The position numbers were made by a program, and so were the translations under genes. This document shows positions 46,272 through 54,582 of a stretch of DNA of 64,000 nucleotides, one piece after another; positions within the stretch are counted from its first letter, which is position 1; every line of letters begins with the position of its first letter. Under the pieces are notes generated by a model, which was not told the DNA's origin, did no database searches, and was given only the letters and a program-made list of their open reading frames with translations. Location of the stretch: IMG/VR virus record IMGVR_UViG_3300044641_002725; one strand, given 5' to 3'. The stretch comes from a virus.

Positions 46272-47558
46272 ATGGCAGGTTTAAGCATTTCAGAACTTAA
46301 AAAACGTCCAGGCAGAATAGAGACTTTTGCAACAAAATTAAAACAGGGATCAGCATTTGCCATGGCACCATCTGGTAGTATTATTGCCGAGACTGTTATC
46401 ATAAATGATAAAGTTTATGATAAGAACGACACCGCAAAAATAATTAAAGCAATAGAAATGGCTAAAAAAATAGTGCTTGTTTCTAAAAAAGGCGATTCTG
46501 CGCCTATAGGTAAACTATTGAAATCTAGCGAATTTGGAGGTAGTGGCGGCTCTCCAGGAGAAACCGCTAAAGGAAATCGTGGTGATATGGCAGAGGCTAT
46601 ATTTGCAGCCGCAATTACGGCTAGATTTATGACTAAAAATCAAAATGTTACCCCAATTCATATTCATGCATTATTGGATAAACTCCGCACAGATAAGATG
46701 CAACAAACGCACGAATACGAAGGATTAAATATGAATCCAAAAATTATAGATTCTGTCACATTAAAAGTGGGTTTAGCTATTTCAAATTTAGTTGCCCTTC
46801 AAGATAGAACAATTCGTGCATCATTATCGGATGTTGTAGCATCTGCAATAAAATATGCAAATGCTCCTATTGTAGTGAAGTGGGCTAAGATGTTATATGA
46901 AAATAACCAAAAAAACGCTATTGAAATTATTGCGGATGGTATTGGCGATCAGACGGGAACAAAAGTTGACGTTAGATTAAGAATTGATAATATTGCTACA
47001 AATATTAATGTGTCGCTAAAAGCTGGAGACGTAAAGCAGTTTGGTCAAGTCAGCGGCGCTGGTTTTGACAAGCAAGAATATCTTTGGAAAACACTTGCGG
47101 GACTAAATGTCTCAGCAGTAGAAGCCGAGTACGTAAAACTTTTATCGCAAAAAAAAGCATTAAAATCCATTGAAACTTCATATGGTGAGGCGGCTGATAA
47201 ATTTAATGCTGAAATTAAAACTTCTGAAAAGAATGCGTATAAAAAACTAGCATCTGGTATTAAGTTCTTTGCAACAATGGATGAAGAGAACGTTACATTA
47301 GTTCAACTTAACAAAGAAGAGGCTAAAATATATACATTTGATGTATTATTTACTGCACTTCAAGCAAATAAAACAAAAATAACAGCTAAATTAAATACGT
47401 CAAAATCTTATCCTGAAGTTAATTTTGAGAACGATACAGGTGAAATTCTATTGACTGTCAGAGCAAAAACAGAAAATAAGCCAAGTGGAGAACAATACAT
47501 AAGAAATTATGTAGAGAAGGGTCCGTTGATGGGTAAGTTAGTTGCGACTTACGCATAA
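46272..47558 (+). CDS. Hypothetical protein, possible restriction-endonuclease-like fold
   Basis: GDMAEAIF helix and TKVDV..NVSLK motif; SD GGAG. Confidence 0.45.
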   Translation: MAGLSISELKKRPGRIETFATKLKQGSAFAMAPSGSIIAETVIINDKVYDKNDTAKIIKAIEMAKKIVLVSKKGDSAPIGKLLKSSEFGGSGGSPGETAKGNRGDMAEAIFAAAITARFMTKNQNVTPIHIHALLDKLRTDKMQQTHEYEGLNMNPKIIDSVTLKVGLAISNLVALQDRTIRASLSDVVASAIKYANAPIVVKWAKMLYENNQKNAIEIIADGIGDQTGTKVDVRLRIDNIATNINVSLKAGDVKQFGQVSGAGFDKQEYLWKTLAGLNVSAVEAEYVKLLSQKKALKSIETSYGEAADKFNAEIKTSEKNAYKKLASGIKFFATMDEENVTLVQLNKEEAKIYTFDVLFTALQANKTKITAKLNTSKSYPEVNFENDTGEILLTVRAKTENKPSGEQYIRNYVEKGPLMGKLVATYA

Positions 47559-47595
47559 GTTGCAACTGCTAAGGATATATGAAATTCATATAAAT

Positions 47596-47603
47596 TATAA
47601 ATA
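47596..47603 (+). promoter_or_regulatory. Late promoter TATAAATA
   Basis: Exact motif upstream of ORF 47667. Confidence 0.8.
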
Positions 47604-47666
47604 AACTATAACGCAGTTAGGCTACGGCAAACCTGTACAGATAAGTCTACGGAAAACTCTAAAAAC

Positions 47667-50273
47667 ATGAAAACATTCAAGGCTTCTTTAACAGAAGCAA
47701 CAAAATCGCAAGTTGTAGTCTCATTTGGGCGCATGAACCCAATGACAAATGGCCACGAAAAACTTGCCGACAAAATCAAAGCAGAAGCAAAAAAGCGTAA
47801 CGCTGATGCTAAACTGTATCTATCGCACAGCACAAATCCAAAAAAAGATCCACTAGACTTTAAGACTAAAGTTAAGTTTGCAAAGAAAGCATTTGGACCA
47901 ATGGTTCAAAATTCTGTTGCAAGAACAATCATTGAAGTCGCAAAAGAACTTAGTGGCAAGTATGATGATTTAATTGTGGTTGTTGGTAGCGATAGAATTC
48001 CAGAGTTTAAGACTTTACTCAATAAGTACAATGGAAAAGATTATACTTTTAAAACTATTGAAGTTGTTTCAGCAGGCGAACGTGATCCAGATGCAGAGGG
48101 TGTTTCTGGTATGTCAGGTTCTAAGATGCGTGGATTTGTCGCATCCGACGACTTCAACAGTTTTAAGCAAGGTGTGCCATCAAAATTATCTGACTCAGAT
48201 GCCAAAGCATTGTTTGATGCAGTTAAAAGGGGAATGAATTTGAAAGAAGAACTAGAACAACAAGACGAAGCAGTTCTTGGCTATGCACAGCGTAGACAAA
48301 GAGCGCAACAGTTTAGACGAATTCAAAAACGTCTAATACGAGCAAGAGCATTTCAAGCAAAACGCTTTGCTGATCCTAAGAGATTAAAAAGAAGAGCCGC
48401 TAAAATGGCATATCAATTCTTCAGAGGGCGTCTTTCTGGTGGTAAGAACTATGCGGGCTTAAGTGCTGGAGAAAAAATCACAGTAGACACAAGATTGCAG
48501 AAGATGTTACCTGCAATTAAGAAGTTTGCAGTACGTTTAGTACCAGCCGCTAGAAGCAAAGAAGTTATGCGTAGACAAAGCATGATGATGAGAAAAGAAG
48601 ATTTGAATCATATCTTTGCAGAATTCATTGTTGAGAAGCCAACTGTACCACAAGACAGAGATGTTAAAGACAGAGAGGGCACACAGCCTAAAGCCTATTA
48701 TGCTGGCGTAAGCAAAGACGATAAAGACGCAAGAGCGGCACACTTTGAAAGAAATACTCCTAAGTCAGATTCTGACAAGAGTGCATATGCAGACGCACCT
48801 GGCGATAAAGAAGCTAGAGAAAAAGGTATGAAACAATCAAAGCATACACTCAAATTCAAACAGATGTATGGTGAAGCAGTAAAAACACCAGAAGACAGAA
48901 AAGAAATTTCTAGACTAGACCAATTGGTTCGTTTGGGATTAGCAGACACAAAATCTCTTACAGTTATTAAGCGTTCAGTTGAGAAACTAAAATCTGGTGA
49001 CATGTTAAATCCAGCAGAGCGTAATGTCACAAATGATTTGTTGACAACGCTACTTGATATGGTAACATCAAGTGATGCATTGTTCAGAATGACTAAGACT
49101 CAGCTACAGAAAGAGTCTATTGATGAAGCCGCATACAAAGGCAACATTGGTGCAATGGAAATGATGAAGTTCTTCCAAGTTGCAACGCCACAAGAAAAAG
49201 AAAAACTCAAAAAACTTATTGCAGATAAGAATCAATCAGCCGCTTGGAAAATGATTCAAGACGTTACTGGTATGAAACTCATGGGCGAAGAAGATGAGTA
49301 TGATTACGAAGAGACTGATGGTCTTTCAATGGCACAAATCGAAGTGTCTAACATGATTCAAGACGCAGAAGAATTACTTGAAATGATGGATCAACTGGAT
49401 GAAGAGCCAGATGCTTGGGTATTATCTAAGATTACTAAAGCGGCTGACTACATTTCAACAGTACGTGATTACTTAGAATTCGAAGATGACTTTGATTACG
49501 AAGGTGACGAAGACGAAGAAGAAGACGATGGTGAATTCTCTGGTGCAGAGTTGGATATGTACGCAAGCGAAATGGGACCAGATGAGTTTGGTGATGGGTA
49601 TGAAGACTTCAGACCGATTCTAGAAGAAATTGAAGGCTTGAAAAAGAAATCAGAAAAATCAGGTATTGCTTATGGTATTCTCAAAGCAGTTTACGACAGA
49701 GGCATGGCCGCATGGAAAACTGGACATAGACCAGGAACAACTGCACAGCAATGGGCATTCGCTAGAGTGAACTCATTTATTACAAAAGGCTCTGGCACGT
49801 GGGGAAAAGCTGATAGCGACTTAGCCGCTAAAGTTAGAAGCAACGAAGAGTTTTCTAAATTTGCTGAAGCGTTAGAGTACGGAACAGATGCATTGCGTAA
49901 GAAGTATGCAAAAGATACACCAGGACAATCTGAAGAAACATGTTGTGATGATTGTGAAGATGAAATCACAGAAGATGTTGATTGGGAAAAAATTGTTAAC
50001 GAAGCAGAATATCAAGGTAAGTCTGTTAAGTTAAATGATCCATTTAGAACGCCTGATGGCCCTAAGAAGTTTGGTGTCTACACTATGGGTCCAAATGGTA
50101 ACGTAGTTATTGTTCGTTTCGGTGATCCCAATATGGAAATCAAGCGTGATGATCCAGACCGTAGAGCAAGTTTCAGAGCAAGACATGGTTGTGATGATGA
50201 CCCAGGACCAAAGTACAAAGCAAAATACTGGTCGTGTTATCAATGGCGTGCAGGCGCTAAAGTAGATAGTTAA
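47667..50273 (+). CDS. Multimodular protein: N-terminal cytidylyltransferase-like (HxGH-class) nucleotidyltransferase plus several small modules
   Basis: FGRMNPMTNGHEKL, VVGSDR, SAGERDPD, GMSGSKMR; MKTFKASLTE N-terminus; later modules separated by Glu-rich linkers. Confidence 0.75.
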   Translation: MKTFKASLTEATKSQVVVSFGRMNPMTNGHEKLADKIKAEAKKRNADAKLYLSHSTNPKKDPLDFKTKVKFAKKAFGPMVQNSVARTIIEVAKELSGKYDDLIVVVGSDRIPEFKTLLNKYNGKDYTFKTIEVVSAGERDPDAEGVSGMSGSKMRGFVASDDFNSFKQGVPSKLSDSDAKALFDAVKRGMNLKEELEQQDEAVLGYAQRRQRAQQFRRIQKRLIRARAFQAKRFADPKRLKRRAAKMAYQFFRGRLSGGKNYAGLSAGEKITVDTRLQKMLPAIKKFAVRLVPAARSKEVMRRQSMMMRKEDLNHIFAEFIVEKPTVPQDRDVKDREGTQPKAYYAGVSKDDKDARAAHFERNTPKSDSDKSAYADAPGDKEAREKGMKQSKHTLKFKQMYGEAVKTPEDRKEISRLDQLVRLGLADTKSLTVIKRSVEKLKSGDMLNPAERNVTNDLLTTLLDMVTSSDALFRMTKTQLQKESIDEAAYKGNIGAMEMMKFFQVATPQEKEKLKKLIADKNQSAAWKMIQDVTGMKLMGEEDEYDYEETDGLSMAQIEVSNMIQDAEELLEMMDQLDEEPDAWVLSKITKAADYISTVRDYLEFEDDFDYEGDEDEEEDDGEFSGAELDMYASEMGPDEFGDGYEDFRPILEEIEGLKKKSEKSGIAYGILKAVYDRGMAAWKTGHRPGTTAQQWAFARVNSFITKGSGTWGKADSDLAAKVRSNEEFSKFAEALEYGTDALRKKYAKDTPGQSEETCCDDCEDEITEDVDWEKIVNEAEYQGKSVKLNDPFRTPDGPKKFGVYTMGPNGNVVIVRFGDPNMEIKRDDPDRRASFRARHGCDDDPGPKYKAKYWSCYQWRAGAKVDS

Positions 50274-50287
50274 TTTAGGAGATATAA

Positions 50288-52318
50288 ATGTCAGATAATA
50301 TTCAAGAAGCGGAAGTTGGTTCAGGCACAAAAATTTCAGATACAAAGCAATCTGAGAAACGTGCCCAATTGACATTGAAGTCAATTCAATTACGTTTGAA
50401 GCAAGAGAAAGAACGTGCCGCACTTCAACAACAAAAGAAGTCTTTACGTGTTAAAGAAGACATTGGAGAATCATTTAGCCCATCTCAGATTGCCGCTTTG
50501 AAAGCAGAGTACTCTAAGATTAATGGCATTGATCCAGCTAGTGACACATACAAGAAATTGATTGCTATGCTTGATAGATTAGATTTGAAATCTTTGCAAT
50601 CTCTTGCTGGCGCTGAAATCAAGTTCGTATCTAAACTTGCACAGAATCGTGTTATGAGAAAGAGCATGAAGAAAGAAGCAGTTGACCCATACAGTCTTCC
50701 TAATTTTAAAGATTTAAAATCAGCAATCAAACATGCTAGTGATAAAGTTAAAACTCATCGTGACCAATTAGATGGCATTGAAATATACAAAAGCAGAGGT
50801 GGTTATGATATTAATCACACATCAAATTCAAGTGGTAGAGATACAACAAAGAAGTCTGGTGGTAAACTTTTGGGAATAGTTTATAGAAATCAAAAGAACG
50901 ATGGTATAATTTATAAAAATCAATATAAAAATGTTATTGATAAAATCAAAGAAGAAGTTGAACATATTGATGAATTGTCTACGAACAAACTAGCAGACTA
51001 TAAAAAGAAAGCTAGTGACTCTGCATCAGCCGCCGACAAAGCAGGCGACACAAAGACAGGCAACAAACGTTTCTCTGGCATTATGAAAGCAACTAGAAAA
51101 CAATTTGACAATGACGCAAAGAAAAGTGTGTCAGAGGCTTCACAGAGAGTTGATTCACTTGTCACAGATGCATTAAAAATAATGCAAGGTTCAGAATTAA
51201 AAGATGCTGTGCAAGCACTAAAGACTGTACTTGGAGATAGAGAATACAATGGTCGCCGTGGTTTTTATAATTTATATGTTAAACAACTAGTTGACATGTA
51301 TGGTAAGAAAGCAAACGAAGAGTTGTCACCGAAACAAAAACAGCTTGACAAGAATAAGAACGGCAAGATCGATGGTTCGGACTTAGCAAAGTTGCGTGGT
51401 GAAGAATTATCTGCAAAACAAAAAGTACTTGATAAAAACAAGAATGGTAAGATTGATGGTTCTGATTTAGCAAAGTTACGCAAAGAAGAAACTGACTTAC
51501 AAGAGAAGTCTGACTACGAAGTTTATCATAAAGACTATTCTGGTGCAGTACAGACAGCTATCAAGCAAGCGGAGAAGCGTGGCTACGAAGTAGACATGGA
51601 CGATTGGCACGACAAAGTTGCTACTGGTCCTAAGAAGCCATCATCTGGTAAAACAAATTCATTCTCAATCAATTTGATGAAAGATGGCAAACCATCTAAA
51701 AAGAAATTGCAAATGCAAGTGTACAATATGGACAATCACAAGTATGAGTTGAACATGTACATTGAAGAAGTAGAAATTGCAGAAGCTGGTCCTGGTCTTT
51801 GGGCGAATATTCAAGCAAAGCGTGAAAGAATCAAGGCAGGATCAAACGAACGCATGAGAAAGCCTGGCGAAAAGGGCGCACCAGAATCTGACGCATTAGA
51901 CAGAGCAAGAGGCAAGAATGAAGCGGCATCACCAGCACAGCAAGCGGCTATCGCTATTGCAATGAAAAAAGATGGTAAGAAGCCAAAAATGTCTGAAAGC
52001 GTTGTTGACAAAATCAAAGCAATCAAGCGTGGTCTTGAAACAAGAGCCAAAGCATCCGATCATTTCGACAAAGCGGGTGATCCAAAGAATGCAAACGCAA
52101 GCAAAGACTTGAAGAAAGCAGTTCGCTACACCAATCTTTTAAACAAAGAAGAAACTGAAATTGTGACTGAAGCTAAAAAGAAATCTTTCAAAGACGTAAA
52201 AAAGAAAATGAAAGAAGAAGAAACGCCTAACAAGTCTTCTATTAAAAAGGGTGATATGTTGACTGGTAAAAGAGAACCAATCGAAATCAATCCTGAATTG
52301 AAAGAACCAGCGAGATAA
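50288..52318 (+). CDS. Multimodular Lys-rich protein, probable capsid-internal polyprotein; two EF-hand-like repeats
   Basis: Short basic modules flanked by xxE/EE sites; DKNKNGKIDGSD twice. Confidence 0.65.
   Translation: MSDNIQEAEVGSGTKISDTKQSEKRAQLTLKSIQLRLKQEKERAALQQQKKSLRVKEDIGESFSPSQIAALKAEYSKINGIDPASDTYKKLIAMLDRLDLKSLQSLAGAEIKFVSKLAQNRVMRKSMKKEAVDPYSLPNFKDLKSAIKHASDKVKTHRDQLDGIEIYKSRGGYDINHTSNSSGRDTTKKSGGKLLGIVYRNQKNDGIIYKNQYKNVIDKIKEEVEHIDELSTNKLADYKKKASDSASAADKAGDTKTGNKRFSGIMKATRKQFDNDAKKSVSEASQRVDSLVTDALKIMQGSELKDAVQALKTVLGDREYNGRRGFYNLYVKQLVDMYGKKANEELSPKQKQLDKNKNGKIDGSDLAKLRGEELSAKQKVLDKNKNGKIDGSDLAKLRKEETDLQEKSDYEVYHKDYSGAVQTAIKQAEKRGYEVDMDDWHDKVATGPKKPSSGKTNSFSINLMKDGKPSKKKLQMQVYNMDNHKYELNMYIEEVEIAEAGPGLWANIQAKRERIKAGSNERMRKPGEKGAPESDALDRARGKNEAASPAQQAAIAIAMKKDGKKPKMSESVVDKIKAIKRGLETRAKASDHFDKAGDPKNANASKDLKKAVRYTNLLNKEETEIVTEAKKKSFKDVKKKMKEEETPNKSSIKKGDMLTGKREPIEINPELKEPAR
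51317..51484 (+). repeat. Tandem 84-nt duplication encoding EE-LSxKQKxLDKNKNGKIDGSDLAKLR
   Basis: Two units (51317-51400, 51401-51484), mostly synonymous differences. Confidence 0.9.
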
Positions 52319-52319
52319 A

Positions 52320-52814
52320 ATGAATAACGAATTGCCACAAATTTATTGTGACATGGACCAAGTGTTAGTCAACTTTATGGGCGGTGCTAATAAAGTATTG
52401 ACTGCACAAGGACTAGAATCTTTTCAACATACAGAAAAGGATGTCAAATGGGAAGCACTAAGTAAAGTGCCAAAGTTTTGGGCTAACTTAGAGCCTATGC
52501 CTGACGCAATGATGTTATGGAGATATATTAAACCGCATAACCCGTATATACTATCTACTCCATCTAAACGCATGGCGACATGTAAACCAGAAAAGATTGA
52601 ATGGATTAGAAAACATTTGGGTAATGTTGAACAGATTTATCTTGTCCCAAGAGAAGATAAACAGAAATTCGCAGTAAATAAGGACGGAACTCGCAATCTT
52701 TTGATTGATGATTATGAAAAAAACATCAAAGAGTGGGTTGCAAAGGGCGGAATTGGAATACGACATATAAATAGTATGAACACTATTTCACAATTAAGAA
52801 AACTAGGATATTAA
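52320..52814 (+). CDS. HAD-superfamily 5'(3')-nucleotidase-like protein
   Basis: IYCDMDQVLVNF, ILST, LLIDDYEKNIKEW..GGIGI. Confidence 0.85.
   Translation: MNNELPQIYCDMDQVLVNFMGGANKVLTAQGLESFQHTEKDVKWEALSKVPKFWANLEPMPDAMMLWRYIKPHNPYILSTPSKRMATCKPEKIEWIRKHLGNVEQIYLVPREDKQKFAVNKDGTRNLLIDDYEKNIKEWVAKGGIGIRHINSMNTISQLRKLGY
52766..52773 (+). promoter_or_regulatory. Late promoter TATAAATA
   Basis: Exact motif upstream of ORF 52830. Confidence 0.75.
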
Positions 52815-52829
52815 TAAAAGGAGAACACC

Positions 52830-53603
52830 ATGGCACTATGGGGAAATAAAGAAGCACTTGCCTTAACAGGTACAGTAGCAACAACAAATGGATCATCTAC
52901 TGTTACTGGCAGTAGCACAGTATTTTTAGATGAAGTTGATGTTGGTGATGTTATTACAATTAACAGCACATTCGCAAAAATTGTCGGAGTCACTAGCAAT
53001 ACTGCATTGACGATTAGTCCAGCTTGGGGAATCGCTAATACATCAGGTGTTAGTGCTACGCTAGAACAGTCACCAAAATGGCTTGCCGCTGGTTCTGATT
53101 TAACAGTACAAAGCATTGGTAAAGTCTTTGGCGTTGATGTTAATGAAGCTACAGCTAACAATGAAATTCCTGGATGGGTTTACACAAACGTGTATACTGA
53201 CATGCATGGAAACATTCGTAGAAAATCAGAAGTTCTTTGTACACTTGCTACAATTACTACTGACGCAGAAGACACAGTATATGCAGATTACAGACTTGTT
53301 ATCGACACACAACCAGCAAGCAAAACTGTTACTGCCGGTAGTGCAAATACGTTCACTATCTCTGTAACATCTGTGCCAGCAGGCGCTACGATTAACTATC
53401 GTTGGCAACGTGCTGCCAATGCAAATGCGGCATTCGTTGATTTGACAAACAGTGGCACATGGACAAACACAACAGCGGCAACCGTAAACTTTGCAAACTC
53501 AACCCTTGCAGTAAGTGGTTCTATCTATCGTGTTCAAATGAACGCTACAGGCAATACTGCCGCAAATACAATATCTGCAAACGCAGTATTGACAATCGCT
53601 TAA
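52830..53603 (+). CDS. Virion structural protein with C-terminal Ig-like domain
   Basis: MALWG start, GTVATTNGSSTVTGSST beta domain, PGWV..KSEVL, IDTQPAS..YRWQR..YRVQM..SANAVLTI. Confidence 0.65.
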   Translation: MALWGNKEALALTGTVATTNGSSTVTGSSTVFLDEVDVGDVITINSTFAKIVGVTSNTALTISPAWGIANTSGVSATLEQSPKWLAAGSDLTVQSIGKVFGVDVNEATANNEIPGWVYTNVYTDMHGNIRRKSEVLCTLATITTDAEDTVYADYRLVIDTQPASKTVTAGSANTFTISVTSVPAGATINYRWQRAANANAAFVDLTNSGTWTNTTAATVNFANSTLAVSGSIYRVQMNATGNTAANTISANAVLTIA

Positions 53604-53606
53604 TAC

Positions 53607-53629
53607 ATGGGGACTTAGGTCCCCATTTT
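53607..53629 (+). terminator. Probable weak terminator
   Basis: ATGGGGAC-TTAG-GTCCCCAT-TTT. Confidence 0.7.
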
Positions 53630-53689
53630 GATCCGAGTCCCGGAAGTAGCATTCCCATTCAATTGGGTTTAAAAAATTAAGGAAAAGAA

Positions 53690-54226
53690 ATGGCAGATAA
53701 AAAAGTCACGCAGTTAACAGCATTGACTGCACCAGCAAACACAGATTTGCTTTTAGTTATTGATGATCCAGCAGGATCGCCAATTAGTAAAAAGATTACG
53801 ATTGAAGACTTGTTTGGTAAAACAACAGGTCTAAGTGTAACAACAATCAATCTTACATCAACTGGCGATACAACATTAGCCGCAAACAATTTTACTATTG
53901 ATGCAACAACAAACATCACGTTAACCCGTGGTGTAGTAATCAATGAAGATGGTGCAGATAGCGATACACGAATTGAATCTGACAATCAAGTAAACATGTT
54001 TTATGTTGATGCTTCAGCAGACAAGATTGGTGTTATGACTAATGCACCAACAGAAGCACTTGACATTAATTCTGACGCTATTCGTATTCGAACAACTCAA
54101 ACTCCAGCAAGTTCAAATAATACTGCTGTTGGTTGGGGTGTAGGTACAATTGCTTGGGATACAAGTTATTTGTATGTTGCTGTTGATGCATCGACAATCA
54201 AGCGAGTGGCACTAAGCACCTTCTAA
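53690..54226 (+). CDS. Putative fibre/structural protein
   Basis: MADKKVTQLTAL N-terminus; GTIAWDTSYLYVAV..KRVALSTF fibre-type ending. Confidence 0.6.
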   Translation: MADKKVTQLTALTAPANTDLLLVIDDPAGSPISKKITIEDLFGKTTGLSVTTINLTSTGDTTLAANNFTIDATTNITLTRGVVINEDGADSDTRIESDNQVNMFYVDASADKIGVMTNAPTEALDINSDAIRIRTTQTPASSNNTAVGWGVGTIAWDTSYLYVAVDASTIKRVALSTF

Positions 54227-54582
54227 TGTCTACATTAAATAATGATAACTTTGATGAGTACGCAGTAAGCAACTACCTTAATCCTAACTGTATATCAGTT
54301 TTAGAGTTTTTGGATGATTTGAAAATCATCAAGTATATCAAAAGACTCATAAACAAATATGTAGATAAGAATGAGTTGAAAGAGAGATTGATTTTGAATC
54401 ACATAATTTCTCTTTCAAATGTGTTTGGTGTTGAAGCGGCTGTCAATATGTTAAGGTTCAAGATAGATGCAGAGCATCACGATGTGTTGAATGCATTTTT
54501 AATCTATCTTGAGTATGTTAAATTGGAAGATATAGAAATTTTGGATTTAGCATTGTATAATAAATTAAAGAAGGTCATTTGA
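54226..54582 (+). CDS. Conserved T4-like hypothetical protein
   Basis: YLNPNC..EFLDDLKIIKYIKRL..ELKERLILNHII..NVFG. Confidence 0.75.
   Translation: MSTLNNDNFDEYAVSNYLNPNCISVLEFLDDLKIIKYIKRLINKYVDKNELKERLILNHIISLSNVFGVEAAVNMLRFKIDAEHHDVLNAFLIYLEYVKLEDIEILDLALYNKLKKVI

Noticed and set aside
47613-47660. Known riboswitch (c-di-GMP-I from GGCAAAC/GTCTACGG, or guanidine-II from tandem ACGG loops)
   Set aside because: Element order, stems and gene context do not fit either consensus as I recall them; kept only as an unassigned motif.
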